Assembly (NCBI GenBank): GCA_051453625.1
Contig: JBOZIK010000001.1
Span: 43,012,354-43,067,349 of the forward strand
Length of the DNA stretch: 54,996 bases
Source of the DNA: Welwitschia mirabilis
Lineage: Eukaryota
Direction of reading: 5' to 3'
Made by a program: the position numbers and the translations under genes. The notes beneath the pieces were generated by a model. It made no database searches. It saw nothing but the letters and a program-made list of their open reading frames with translations, and was not told where the DNA came from. Every line of letters begins with the position of its first letter. Position 1 is the first letter of the stretch. Below are positions 1 to 13,080 of the stretch, piece after piece.

Positions 1-2693
1 TCCTTAAAATCTAAGAATTGGATCATGTTATGGTAGTTGTGATGACATAATGATCATAAGTTCTTGTACTTCTCTATACTTAAAGAAATCCTTGTTTTCT
101 AAACTCTTATGATTTTTTGAAATTTTAAAACCTCTAAAGATGTCTTGTTGTTGTGAACTAGGGTTTATGCTTTTAAAAATATACTTAACTTGTCTAATCT
201 TAATTCTTTTCTTGTATCTGATTCAAGTCATGTTATGTATTTTGCATGATTATTATACATGTCTTATGACTTACATTTACTATTCTTGTATTACCTATGG
301 TCTTATTACTTACCTTGCAATTTTAGGATAGTTGGTGAAGTATCTCGATTTCTTACTTCTTGAAACTATCTTCTTGACTGATAATCTAATCTTGATGCAT
401 CTTAATTTTGCATTTTATATTTTCTTCTAATGGAATCAAAAGTTACTTCCAATTAAGATGAAATCAATCTTTTAAATTGTATCATAAGTCTTAGACCTAA
501 ATAATTGGTAGGTTAAAGAAAATACCTAAAATAGCAAGTTTCCAGGAGGAAACCCCTTAAGGAGGAGGATTTTATCATGTCTATATTTTTCCATAAGTTT
601 AGAAACCTTCTTAGTTAATTTGAATAAATGACAAAATATTTTGAAAAATTGATAATAATAAATAAGTCTAGTTTCAAATTGTTTAAAAATAATAAAAGTA
701 ATAGTTAAATTATGTATTTGCATGATTATTTATAGTAGAATTTATTGAAAGATTAACTTCTAGTTATTTCTTTTAGTTAATTAATTAAAAGATTTAGTTG
801 AATTATGGAATCACTATTGCTTATGTGTGAGTTTTATTTATTATAGTAAAAAGTTAAATACTTAATTTATCTTCGGTATTAACTACAGTGTTAATATAGA
901 TTTCTTCTAATTATATTTTTTCATGCAATAGTAATGATATGTGATTTGAAGTATTTGCTCTTGTAATTTATCTCATGAATTTAAACTTCTAATGTATTTT
1001 GAATCTTTGAAACTGTAGCTTGACATTTATTTCTCTTAACTTTATTTTATTCATATAATGTTATTTACATGTGATCTTAAACATTGTCCATGTTATTTAT
1101 TTGCCTTATGCAATTAAAGTAATTTATCAGATAGTGTTATATTATTGTTTACACCCAATGACTAGACTTGAAAAGGAAGGATTAAGAAAAACTAAACTAC
1201 TGATTAAAACCTAAACTTTATTGTTAGCCCAACTGTTAATCCTATGTTATAAATATGTAAGTCCCTTCTAGTTATTAGAGTCATAGGAGTTTACATTGTA
1301 ACTTCATTTTGTGGATCTTGATTACCTTTAGGAGCATGTTGGACATCATTAAGGATAGATGTGGTCCATAACCCTCTTTTAAATTCTTGCCTGTCGTGTT
1401 ATTAAATTTCTTTTTCCTTATATTTTGTAATTTTCATGATGTAATATGCCTTGTATGATATGTGTGAATGTGTTTTAATATTCCATGTAAACTCATAGTC
1501 TTTTAGTAAATCTTGCATCGGTAAATTAGGAGTTTGTAAATCCAGGTTTTGTGAACACCTTGTAAAAACCCTGTGAATCTTATCATTAACTATTGTCATG
1601 AACATTCCTTAACTAGTCCTTTTGTGAATCTTGCACTTGAGTCTCTTATTAACCATTGACCTATGTGAAATTAAATTATGAAATATAATACTAGCCAGGG
1701 TAACCACTTGTATGGACTTTAGAGATTGTAACTCTTTATTGGAAGTCCCAAGGTTATGGAACTATACTGCTAAGGAGGTGTGCATATATCTCTATTGGGA
1801 GAGATATATGCACACCTCTATGATTTTACCCTCTTCTTGGTAAGGTGCATTTGGATTACTTAATTCGGTATGAAAAATTGTAAAGATGATAATGAAATCT
1901 AATGAAAGGTCTTGGTCAAGTTTCTTGTTGTGTAACCCTTAAATTATCTCGGAAACCTTCCTTCCTAATCTATTTCTTATCATGGGTCACACTAGGAACT
2001 ATGTTGGATAAGAGATCTCACACCATACTTGCATGTGCAGGAATCAATGCTATAAGGATGCATGATTACACTAATGATGCAATGAAAATCTAAGTGTTAC
2101 TTGACTGCTTCTTCTCCTCTACTAGATGTTATTGTTATAAGTCTTTGTGATTTTCAATTTTATGTAACTAGTTGACATGATATTAGTACTTTTCTTATGT
2201 TGTTGTATGAGATTTTATTTGAGAACTCATGTGATCTGAAGTTGTGACAGTTATTATCTTGATATTATTTTTACACTTGATTAGTTCAAAATTAATAATA
2301 ATAATTTACATATATGTACATGATTTGTTTATTTACTCTTAAATGGTAGAATTACATGTGATAGTTATCTACTTATCTCGCAAAGATTGTTGGAGAGATA
2401 TGTATATATGTAACACTTAGATGAATTAATTTCAGCAATCCTTAGTTAATCTATAGTTATCTATTATCTATTATAATCTTATGTAAAAGTACAACATAGG
2501 GACCTAATTTACTAAAAGATAAATAGTAGGTTAAGAGTTTAATCTCCTAGATAATATAACGAGTATTATAGATTTGAGAGTTAAACATAAAGTAATAGAT
2601 AACATACCATACTAAAAGGGCTATATCATGTTGACAACAACTGATTAATAAAAATTCATTTTATGATTGAATGTCAAAAATGAGGATATTACA
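1..2693 (+). mobile_element. 3' part of a long, decayed LTR-like sequence (probably Ty3/gypsy) inserted into the 5' LTR of element A
   Basis: Ends GAGGATATTACA (2682-2693), a typical gypsy LTR terminus. Homology to element A's LTR begins right after it. No coding remnants were recognised. Confidence 0.45.
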
Positions 2694-2959
2694 AGTCATT
2701 ACATTTGCACTGCATCCATTGCACTTCATCATCTTCATTTTTCATTACATTGCATTGTTGTTTACTTTCATTTACTAAAAGAGAAAAGACTAAAAATACT
2801 TTTTAAAATCAATTTTCTAACTCCTAACCTAGTGTCTTAAATGGATTATGACATTTAGGTTTACTCTGATTTTTACTAGTGTGTGTTTTCTACAAGTATT
2901 TTGATTTAAAGGTTTTACTTAAGGACTTAAAGATTGCATAAATTTACACCATAACATTT

Positions 2960-2977
2960 TAATGCTATTATTAGAAA
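2960..2977 (+). other. Degenerate primer-binding site (tRNA-Asp) of element A
   Basis: TAATGCTATTATTAGAAA differs from TGGCGCCGTTGCCGGGGA only by G>A/C>T changes and lies 3 nt after the LTR end. Confidence 0.65.
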
Positions 2978-5817
2978 AGGTCGCAAGGAGGTGGAGGATT
3001 ATCACTATCCAGATAATTGCCTTGAATTTTACTTTAGGTTATTTATTTAAAATAGTATTGTATTTTTATCGTAGTTTAGTAAGTTCATTTCTGCAATTTT
3101 TGTTTTCCATAGCATTAACAAGTACTGTCATCCCTTTTGTCATCCTCACGACACTGAGAAGAACAATTTAGATTTTTAGATTTATGTTTTTCCACAAGTT
3201 TTTTTTTTCTATTTTGTATGTTTCTAGTCTTTATAGCATAATAATACATTGTTTCTAGTGTCGTTTCCATAACACCTAGGATGATAGTGGCCCTCGCTTT
3301 TTTACCTATAATTCATTCTTTTATTTTATAATTTTTCTTTTTCTCTGTGATCGTTCATTATTTATCCACATCATAGTTAAAACAATGGCCATTACACATC
3401 TTTTGAGTGTTAAGAAACCAATAATTTTGATAAAACGATGAAATATCAAAGAGATAAGGACTTGATCTTTACTGTGTTCGTATCTTCCTTACCATATAAA
3501 ATTCAATTCTCTTATTCCATTCTTATCAATTACTTCAATAAATAGTAATAGAAGAACCCTTGAGGAAATTATTTTGGAAAGAAGGAGAAACCTAAAAAAA
3601 TCAACGGATAATGGTAAGAAACAGTTCAAGAAATTTTTGCCAAAAAAGGGAGAATAACACAAAATGATGTTGAAAGTAGGAATTGGACCCCTTCCTCTTT
3701 TCAATCGTCTTATTTTTTTTCCTCTTCTTTTCTAAATATATGTAGAAATAACAATGAAAATTTTCAATATTTTAGGAATTTCACCTCATTTAGAGAAACT
3801 TCCTACAATTATTTTGTTGAATCCCAATCATCTCTTATGCATTACTATGAATAAGAACCATATTTCATGAACTACTATAAGGAATAAGATGATCGATGAA
3901 AGAAATAATTAACAAAATAATAGAGAGATAAGAAAATATCAATAAAAACATAGAAAATTTAACTAAGATCTTGCAATAAATACTATTACAAATTTAATGT
4001 TCTTTTACAACACAACATCCTCAAATCTATCCTACTTCATCCTATCTTGAGAAAAATAAGAACTTAAAAACAAATGATAATGATTTTTGTTTTCCAATAG
4101 AAGATGAAATTTCAGATCAAACTTTAACATCCTACTCATTAGGAGATGAGCAAAGGGAAGATAATAATAATGCAACTTAATCTTTTAACAATTAGGATAA
4201 GTATGACCATTCATTAGATGATGATATTGAGGTATTAGATTATATCCCTACCATTTATTTACTACTAGATAATCTAGATGAGGAATCCATTTATGAAGAA
4301 TATAAATACCTTTCAATCAATGATGAATATGATGCTTTTATTTCTCTTGATAATCTTTTTGATGAATCTAATAACCTAGAAAATGAAAGTAATATTTAAT
4401 AAGAGAAGGAAGATATAGTTACAAAGACTAATGAGAAAAATGAAAAAACAATCCAACGAAATCATGATAATTACAATAATGAAGAAAATGATCATAATGA
4501 AGGACCCATAGAGATTCGTTCAAACTTCATAGAGGATAGACTTGTTTCATTCTACCCATACTTCTACATCCTTTTCATCTATTCCTTCATGTACAATTTC
4601 AAATCACATCCTTTCTTCCACTTCTACTTCTACTTTCACATTACCTTATGACTTTGATAATGAAAACCTTTTTTCCTCTCTTCCATTTGAACCTTCATGT
4701 GATTTTCAAGGCCATGTTTCCTTCCTTAACTTTCATGAAACTCATAATTTTAAAGAGGTTATTCATCTTATCTCTTAATCTCTTCCTTTTAAAAATCCAT
4801 GCCGTACTCAAAGTAACATTTGTTCTTTTTCTATCAAGTCTATTTATCTTATGCTTTTGATGATTATCCTTTTTAAAAGTATGACTTGGAATATCTTGGA
4901 ATTTAAATTCGGGTAAAACTTATCTTCTTGATAATAATCCATGCTTCAAATCAAATCTTAAGGAGCTTCTCAACCTTATTAAACATTCTTAATATCTGTT
5001 AAAAACTTCTTAGATCTATTCTTTAAGTAATACTTGAATGAATTATGTAATGATACTCATAATTTATAATGTTTTAATAAAATATTATTTTTCAATGAAA
5101 TTTATCACTTCTTTATCTCTTATTTGAATTCTAAAATTTGTGCTATCAAAGTTTTATCATTTTACTTTCTTTTCCTCCAATTGATTTTACTCCAAAATGA
5201 TTGTATACCTTTTATATTTTATTATTGATTTCTCTTTAGTTTGACCCTTATTTTTCTAAAGATATAATACCTGAGTACACCTTTTACACAACTAGTTAAA
5301 AATCTCAATGATTAGGTCCTTATCTTTTAGAAAAAATACATCTTAAAATGGTTCAGTTGAAACCTCCAATGTAAACACTTAGAAAATTTAGAAGCTAATG
5401 AATAGAAGGTTAAAAATCATTGAAATATTTACTAATTAAAACTTAAACATGATATAAGCACTTGTCTTAGATTTTTCTCCTACCATTATCTAAATTATTC
5501 TTTAGCTAATTCTTTTGGTAAATGTCATGCTATTACTTGAACATTTTTAACTTGATTAATGTTTTACTTTATGAAGTCATCATTACTAGTAAATCTTTTA
5601 CTTGGGCATTTTAAGTGATAAGACTGGATTCATCTAATTTTAAGACATTTATATATCTATGAACTTCATTTTGAAGAAATATGCCTTAGTTTCTTTTGTT
5701 TTCTCTCTATTATGTAAGTCTTTAATTTTTTGGGTGTTCTTCCTTGTTTCTCTTCTCATTACTCCATCCTTATCCTTACGAGTAGTTGTCCATGTGAAAT
5801 TTATATTTTTCCTCTAT

Positions 5818-5819
<2 letters not shown>

Positions 5820-5884
<65 letters not shown>

Positions 5885-5885
5885 N
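5820..5885. repeat. (GA)n microsatellite, followed by an N gap and a poly-C run (~5895-5937)
   Basis: Seen directly in sequence. Confidence 0.95.
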
Positions 5886-5894
5886 NNNNNNNNN

Positions 5895-5937
<43 letters not shown>

Positions 5938-7905
5938 AGAAATAAATAATAACCATAATCTTTTATATCTAAGCTAAAATTGTGGTCATCATGATGTCGC
6001 ACCACAAGCGCACCAGGGCAAATTTTCTAAGAGGGACCTTTAGCAGTATGATATAGTAGCTGTGGGAACTCCACTAAGGGTTCAATTAATCATGTTGTGT
6101 GTTTTAACAATGGCTGCACTCCCCTCATCATGAAAAAATAATTTTACCTAGAGGCTATGGGATTAGTGATGTTCCTGGTGTCATCAAAGGTATTGCTTAT
6201 CTTCTATACTTATTTTACATATAGTACTTTTACATGATCATTCTACTTTTTTGGATTTTAGTGTTGTTTTAGGGTATGAGTAGGTGAGTTCATTTTTAAG
6301 AAGTTTTTTATCTTATCATTCCTTGATGAAAAACATTAGATATACTTTTTTTCTTCATAATCATTACCTATTTAAGTGGTACTTCATGAATTTTTATATT
6401 ATTTCATGCATTATTATTAAGTGATTTTATGATTTCTACTAAGGGACTTTGCTAGGATGTAATTTTGGGTATGTAAAAAATCTTTTTCATGTTCCTAGTT
6501 GTTCATTTTCATTATGCCTTTCTTAGTTATTTTATTTGTAATTTTTGAAGTTATTTTTGTATCTTTTTCCACATAATAATTAGCACTTGATCATTTGGTA
6601 GTTTTCTAGTTATTTTTTTATTTTTTATTCATAGTTTTTATTTATAAGGGTTGTTTTTATTTTACCACTTTAATTGATACATTCCTTTCATTTTGATTGA
6701 TGTGTTTTTTTAATTTTATTCTAATATTCTTTTTTTTAATTTCTTTGCTTTTAATTTTGTATACATTTATGTATAAAAACTTACATACTTATTGAGTTTG
6801 GAATACCTTTGAGGATTTTCTATAGCATTGATTTTATCTCTTTGGTGCCTTATAATGGCCTGATCCTTTTCTATTATCTTGAGCTTTTCCTATTTTCAAC
6901 TCCTTTACAATGATTTCTTAGATAATAATTCCTAAGTTTTTACATATTTTTCATAATTTATGATGACTTTCTAATGCTTCACTATTGTTATTCTTGATTA
7001 TTCAATTCTACCTAAACTTAACTATTTTTTCAAATCCTTCTTTTTCCCAATGTTGTCCCACATATGTCATTCGGATGACTAGTGGACAACATAACTCCTC
7101 TTAACTTATTGTAATACGAGATGTATTGATTCTTCTGTGGGAAGAGCATGACCAATTTTTGTGAAAACTTGGATATATTTAAGCAAAAAATTTATTTATG
7201 AGGGGATATTTTGAGATTCTGTAAGACATATATATGATGCACTGATGGATATGTGATTTCATATTACTTGTATGGTATGCACTATGGACATTATTTAGCA
7301 GGCCAAAATAGCATAGTTATAGAACTTTCTTGCAGGTATGATCTAGGATGCTCCAGAAACCATAAACATTTTTTTTCAAATTTTTCCTTTGTAGGATGTA
7401 TTTGAAACTGACTAATAGATTTGTATACATCATCTTGAGTTATCACTACTTAGTATATATACATCAGTTTTAGTATCAACATCCTTAATTATGCATATAC
7501 ATCATCATTTCTTAAAGCAATTATTATTACATCTTATAATGATTATTGTATATGACATTCAATTGTTATATGGTGATGTGTTAAAAATTTTAAGTAGGGA
7601 ATTAATGAAGATGTTAGTACCTGTACTTTTCTGATGATCATGTTTATAGGCATCTTACCTTTATTTTGATTTTTCAATCTTGTCATTCTAATTGTCATCT
7701 CGATGATTTACAAAATGATACATCTATTATGCAACCTACAGAGATATTACATCAATTAATTAGTTTTTGATATTTAATCCTACATGATAAATATTTTTGA
7801 ACTCAATTTCCATTTTCTTAGTTACTATTTATCTTGATTAAATTGGCTTGCAATATTATTAATCACTTACTTTATCAGCAACTAACAAGGCTAAGTAAGA
7901 TACTA

Positions 7906-9260
7906 TGTTGCGATGCCAATGTGTAGGATTTTTATGGGGTATTTTGAGTACTTTTTTAGGACATTTATATAGGTTTAAATGTAATTCTGATAATTATGGA
8001 GATTTGATGGATGATCATGGAAACATGTAATTCTTGGCATATTTAGAAGTATTTCAGGCATGTTCTAGTACTTAGTATTTTAAAGGAAGATTAATGATAA
8101 AGAAGGCTAATTTCCTTTAGCTAGGGAGCTTTTGAATGATCTTGTTTCCATTGTTGTCCCCATGATAGTTAGGATGACATCACTGTAGTAGCCTATTACA
8201 ATAATAACATGGACTAGAATTAAAATCCAACAAGCCCCCTTTTCTAAGGAGGTGTCATTCCCATTATCACTCCATGACATGAGGGATGACAACACATCTT
8301 GAGCCAATTGTGAGGCTGATTGCAGAGTTAAAAGCTAATAAATTATCTATTATTATGAGGCATCATCCCCAGTGTCATCCCTACTATAGTCAAGACAACA
8401 ACTATTGTGTATAAATGGAACTAAATTATTTTGTAATGGGGTCATGCACCCCATTTAGGCTACTACAGTTTCTTCTTTAACTTCTAGGTTTATGGTTTTA
8501 GAACCTTTAGTATGAAACTATAAATACCTTCCTTATCCTTACTTCCAATTTATATTTTGTATTAGATATTCTTGTGAAGAAAGATCAAAAGACAAGAAGT
8601 CCATCCAGTAGCTACAGAGAGAAGTTTACCTTGATGTAAGCTGAGTATCCTCCATTGAGGTGTTACTACTTTATTATAAGTGGATGTAAATTTAATGATT
8701 AATTCAATTACTCTTTTCACTTCTATTATGTAAATGTCTCTGATGGTTTAAGTTGATTGTCTCTTTTCACTCCAGAAGTTTATTTAGGTCATAAGGAAAA
8801 CCTTTATTAAGGTTGACTTTGTTAGTTTAGATTTTTCATTACATTCTATTTCATTCCATTTAAGTATTTACATTATCCATATTATATTTGAGATATTGTA
8901 TAGTTTATATTGATTAGGAACAAGTAATAAACTCTTCCTCCTTGATCTAAGTTATAAGGACTAATTCTTGTGATAAGAGGATTGAAATCCAAATAGAACT
9001 TGTTACATTTGCATTTCATCCATTACACTTCATCATCTTCATTTTGTATCACATTTCCTTATTGTTTACTTTCATTTTCTAAAAGTAAAAAGACTAAAAA
9101 TACTTTGTGAAATTAATTCTCTAACTCTTAACCTAGTGCCTTCAATGAATTATGACATTTAGGTTAACTTCTGTCTATACTAGTATGTATTTTCTACAAG
9201 TATTGTGCTTTATAAGTTTTGCCTAACAACTTAAAGATTACATAAATTCATACTTCAACA
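7906..9260 (+). repeat. 3' LTR of element A
   Basis: TGTTG...CAACA termini; TATA-like CTATAAATACC at ~8518; 3' end homologous to 2694-2956; 5' end resembles the LTR at ~53.9 kb. Confidence 0.8.
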
Positions 9261-11990
9261 TCCATTCTTGTAGAATAGCCTCTTGTTCCCCTTGTTCTAC
9301 TACCTAAGCAGTGGCAGAGCATGTGCAAGTTCGAGAGGATGACACACCTATGTTACTACATGAAGAGAACCACAACATAGATATATGCCATTTAAAAATA
9401 AAGAATAAAAATATTTATAACTTTGTTTCTAGGCAATAAAATGCTCTCTTATAAGAAACAAAGTGTAACTATTAAAACAAGGATTGTTTGAACACTAATA
9501 TGGCAAAAACTATTGTAAATTGAATGCATAATAAGTGAAAAAATCCAAAAGAGTGAAAAACATGGTATTTTAGGAGAAAATACTCAAAACTCTTAATCGA
9601 GTAGATGAAATTCGATTTTATAAGTTTCTAAGTATAGATCAACCAAAAAAATAGGTGTATATAGAGAGAAATCATCAAATGTGGCCTAAAACAAAAGAAT
9701 TGAGCAAAATTGGGAAATTTGAACCATGAGAAAGATGAAGAATTACCTCATTATCATAAAATATAATTAGATTACATTAATTAGTAGCTCCAAAGGTTAA
9801 ATACGAGTGGGGTTCTTAAGATAAACTAGAAGAATCAAGTTTCATAAAGATTGGTTTGAAAATAAGGAAGAAAAAAAGGGTTATAAATAAATGATATCAT
9901 CCTTTATGTCATAGGGAGGATTTGAGCCATAACATATGTGTCATGCTTATGATCATGCCAATGATATAAGACATGATTATACAAAAATCTTAAGGGCATT
10001 ACAGACCTCTTCCCACCTGTCATTAAAATAACATATGAAACACCTTTTTCTCAATTGGATCTAGCTTAGATTTTGAAATTAAGTTCTATCCTTATGATGC
10101 AGTATGACCTTTAACTAAATTGTTATGAAAGCCAAGGTTATGCTCATGAATTGTTGAAATGCCAATGTGTAAAATGTAACCCTTAAAAATTTTGATTAAA
10201 TTAGGATCCAACTTGATAAAAAAATTATGGATCCAAGATGAATGCTCTACAAAGGATCTAGTGGAAGTGACTAATTTATTCAATTGGCCAAGAATTCATA
10301 TTGAAGGGGTCTAGTGGGAAAGTCCATGGAAAATTAGTGTTTTAGATGATTTCTTAGTGCTTAGCTCATCCAACTTCAAGTTCTTTCATGTTTCTTAATT
10401 GAGGGAAGAGTAAGGATTATGATTCATGTGATGAATTGGAAAGAAAATGAAAATGGTTATCGTTCCCTGTGTCGAGGGGATGACAGGGGCCATGACAGAT
10501 TTTTTGAAGGTACATTCAAAATTGAATTCAGATTTCATAGTGGGATAGGCTCAAGGATGGTAAAAAGGCTTTAGCAAAATTAGGTAAAGTAAAAAAACTA
10601 AAGTGAAAATCACTTTAGAGGTGCTTGAAGTATATGAATTAGAAAGTGAAAATTATCTATGTAAAAATTCAAAGATAAAATGTATATTTTGAGCCCTAAG
10701 ACATGTTTCAAAATATTTTTCAAGACTAGCAATTGAATGATAAAATGCATAGAGTTCATGATGGGTAACTAGACTTAACTAAAGGATTAAACCCAATAAG
10801 GAATTTAAGAATAAGATTATTTGGCTTTGAGAATTTGACTTAACTATTCAAGTATAAAAGAAATGGATATAGATAACAAGAATAAGGTTGATCCCTTTTA
10901 TTCTAGATGCCAACCTAAAAAGACCCACACAAGATAACTATTAAACTAATTAATATGAAAGACATACATGACACAGTGCTTAAGAATAATAGATTTAAAA
11001 GTAAGTAATTATGAAGAGATGATCATCAGGTGACCATAAAGATTTTTAGTGATTTTTATTTTCCTTCTTTTTTCTTGCTTTCTTTCTCTCTCTTTCTTCC
11101 CCCACTCTTTCCCAAACCTTTTTTTCCTCTTTTTTTTTAAGAGAAAGAGAGATCTAATGTGAGAGATACTGTTCTTCATGATGAAGAAGGTGCAACCACT
11201 ACCACAGGAGAAAGGATCTGTAGGTAAAAACCTGATCATAACCAATTGTCCCATGGGTGAAGTCTTTAGAGATATCATTTCATACTGTCAAAAGAAAATG
11301 GACTCAAAATCCAACTATTCATCTAGTGTGCTTATGATGGGAAACCATGGAAATAAACAAAAAAAAAAAAATTCTTTTAAAGGTAATTGCATTTTTCCAA
11401 TGAGGCACTTAATGAGAATCAAGGATTCATAGGCATTTAAATATCTTGAGTTTAATAAAAGCCAAACTCATTACTTGTTGAACTCCATGAATCATATTGA
11501 TAGAGCATTAATCATGTTAAGGATGATCAAGTAGTCTAAAGAATTCTAGGTCAAGTTAAGGAGTCATCTAGACAATGACAAATGGAAGGGACTCCTCTTT
11601 TTCAAAGAGAGGGTTACCTAAGTCAACTACTTCTATCATGTCTACTGAGTAAGAGTAATCATCAAGTGACTGATAATGCTTTAAATGTTTTTCACTCACT
11701 TTTATTGTTTTTTTAGTTTTTATGTCAAAAATTTTAATAGAACTATTGGAATGCACCTTCTCAATTAGATATAGCCTAACCATCTAGAGTTCAATTTGTT
11801 GTGAATTCATGTCTAGATACAAATGGCTCTTTTCCCAACTAAGGTGAAGTCCACTCTTAATACATCTGTCTAAGACTTGTGCTAAATGATTCAAATTTTG
11901 ATCAAAAGAATCTCCAAAGAATTAAAAAATCATCCATGAAAATTTCCATAGAGTTCTCTACAAGGTTACTAAAAATTTCCATCATAAGAT
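9261..11990 (-). mobile_element. Element F: internally deleted fragment of the element C family (RT piece, integrase C-terminus, pol-to-extra-ORF spacer, start of extra ORF)
   Basis: The reverse complement of 9261-11810 aligns with ~45720-48355 (e.g. YLIEKVHSNSS(I/V)KIFD and EKEESLPFVIV). 11815-11990 encodes an RT piece (MEIFMDDF...LHLSWEKSH). Confidence 0.85.
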
Positions 11991-13080
11991 CTATTCATGG
12001 TGAAATTTAGCTATGCTTGTATCTGTTATTAATATATGGTAAATCACAAGATCATCATAGAGATACGTATCTTGTTTAGCAAAACTCAACTTTTACAAAA
12101 ACTACTAGGACTTCCATTTATAGGATTGTCTCAGTATTGTTCCTTCACAAAGATAAATAATAAAAGCTATTAGTAATGCCAACATAATGGTAAAGAGTAT
12201 TACATAGTAAAATGATATTAAATATCTAAGAATGGGATATAGCATTTAAAATAGCATAATAACTTTAAGGAAAAGCATAGTTATGTAAAGTAAAAATGTG
12301 CATCTTTACTTCTAACTCATTCATAATGATATTATCCACCACAGACATGAGTTCTCATATAGTCCAAGATCAAGCACAGTGGCATAATCTCATTCATCAT
12401 AGATATGAATTTGATAGAATCAAGCCACCTAGCCTCCATAGCAAGAGTAAAATAAGCATGAAAAGTAGAGGTCTTTTAAGATCCATTAAATAAACATTTA
12501 AGTTGTGCAAGCTACAATGAAAGTAAGATTCGTGAAATAGATTCTAAAGTAAAAGCATGCCTCAGTCAATCCTTAGCATAACAAGTATGATATTAACAAC
12601 TTGATATCAAAGTAATGCACTAAGAACATGCAACATTTTATTATCTAAAAAATTTAAATCATATAACCTAAAAATTTACTCATGCTAAACCAAAAATCAT
12701 CATGCTTGCTTAGTAGCTAGCCCATTCCTTTGGAAGGCTTAGAAGAAACTCATTAGTAAATCTTCAATATATTTGATAATGATTTGTTATGACATCATGT
12801 TCTTCAAGTAAAGTGAGGTAGGGTATTTATAGGTCAAAATTAGGATTTACAATTAGGGTTTTAAAGGCCTAATAATGTTATTCTAAGAAATGCCTAAAGT
12901 ACATAAAATTATTCTTTAGTCGTGGGGCCAAATTGAGGGGGCTTTCTTTGTGGTAATTTTTGGTACATAATTTGGATTAACCTACAAAATCAACCACTTT
13001 AGCATCTAAATATGATTCAAAAACATCAAGATGAGATCTAAAATCCCAACAAGAATAGTGCTACCATGAACAGTAACTAG
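11990..13080 (-). mobile_element. Probable decayed LTR fragment
   Basis: Minus-strand CTATAAATACC TATA motif at ~12823-12833 in an LTR-like context; boundaries approximate. Confidence 0.3.

Larger units (their letters stand above)
2694..9260 (+). mobile_element. Element A: Athila-like, apparently non-autonomous LTR retrotransposon (5' LTR truncated)
   Basis: 2694-2956 aligns with 9000-9260 (LTR 3' ends). A degenerate tRNA-Asp PBS follows at 2960-2977. The full 3' LTR 7906-9260 is bounded by TGTTG...CAACA. No RT, RH or IN remnants were seen in the ~5 kb interior. Confidence 0.75.

Noticed and set aside
5886-5937. Long poly-C run and the ORFs with poly-ER, poly-P or poly-G across it
   Set aside because: It abuts an N gap and a microsatellite, so it is likely a sequencing or assembly artefact; the ORFs are translations of simple repeats.
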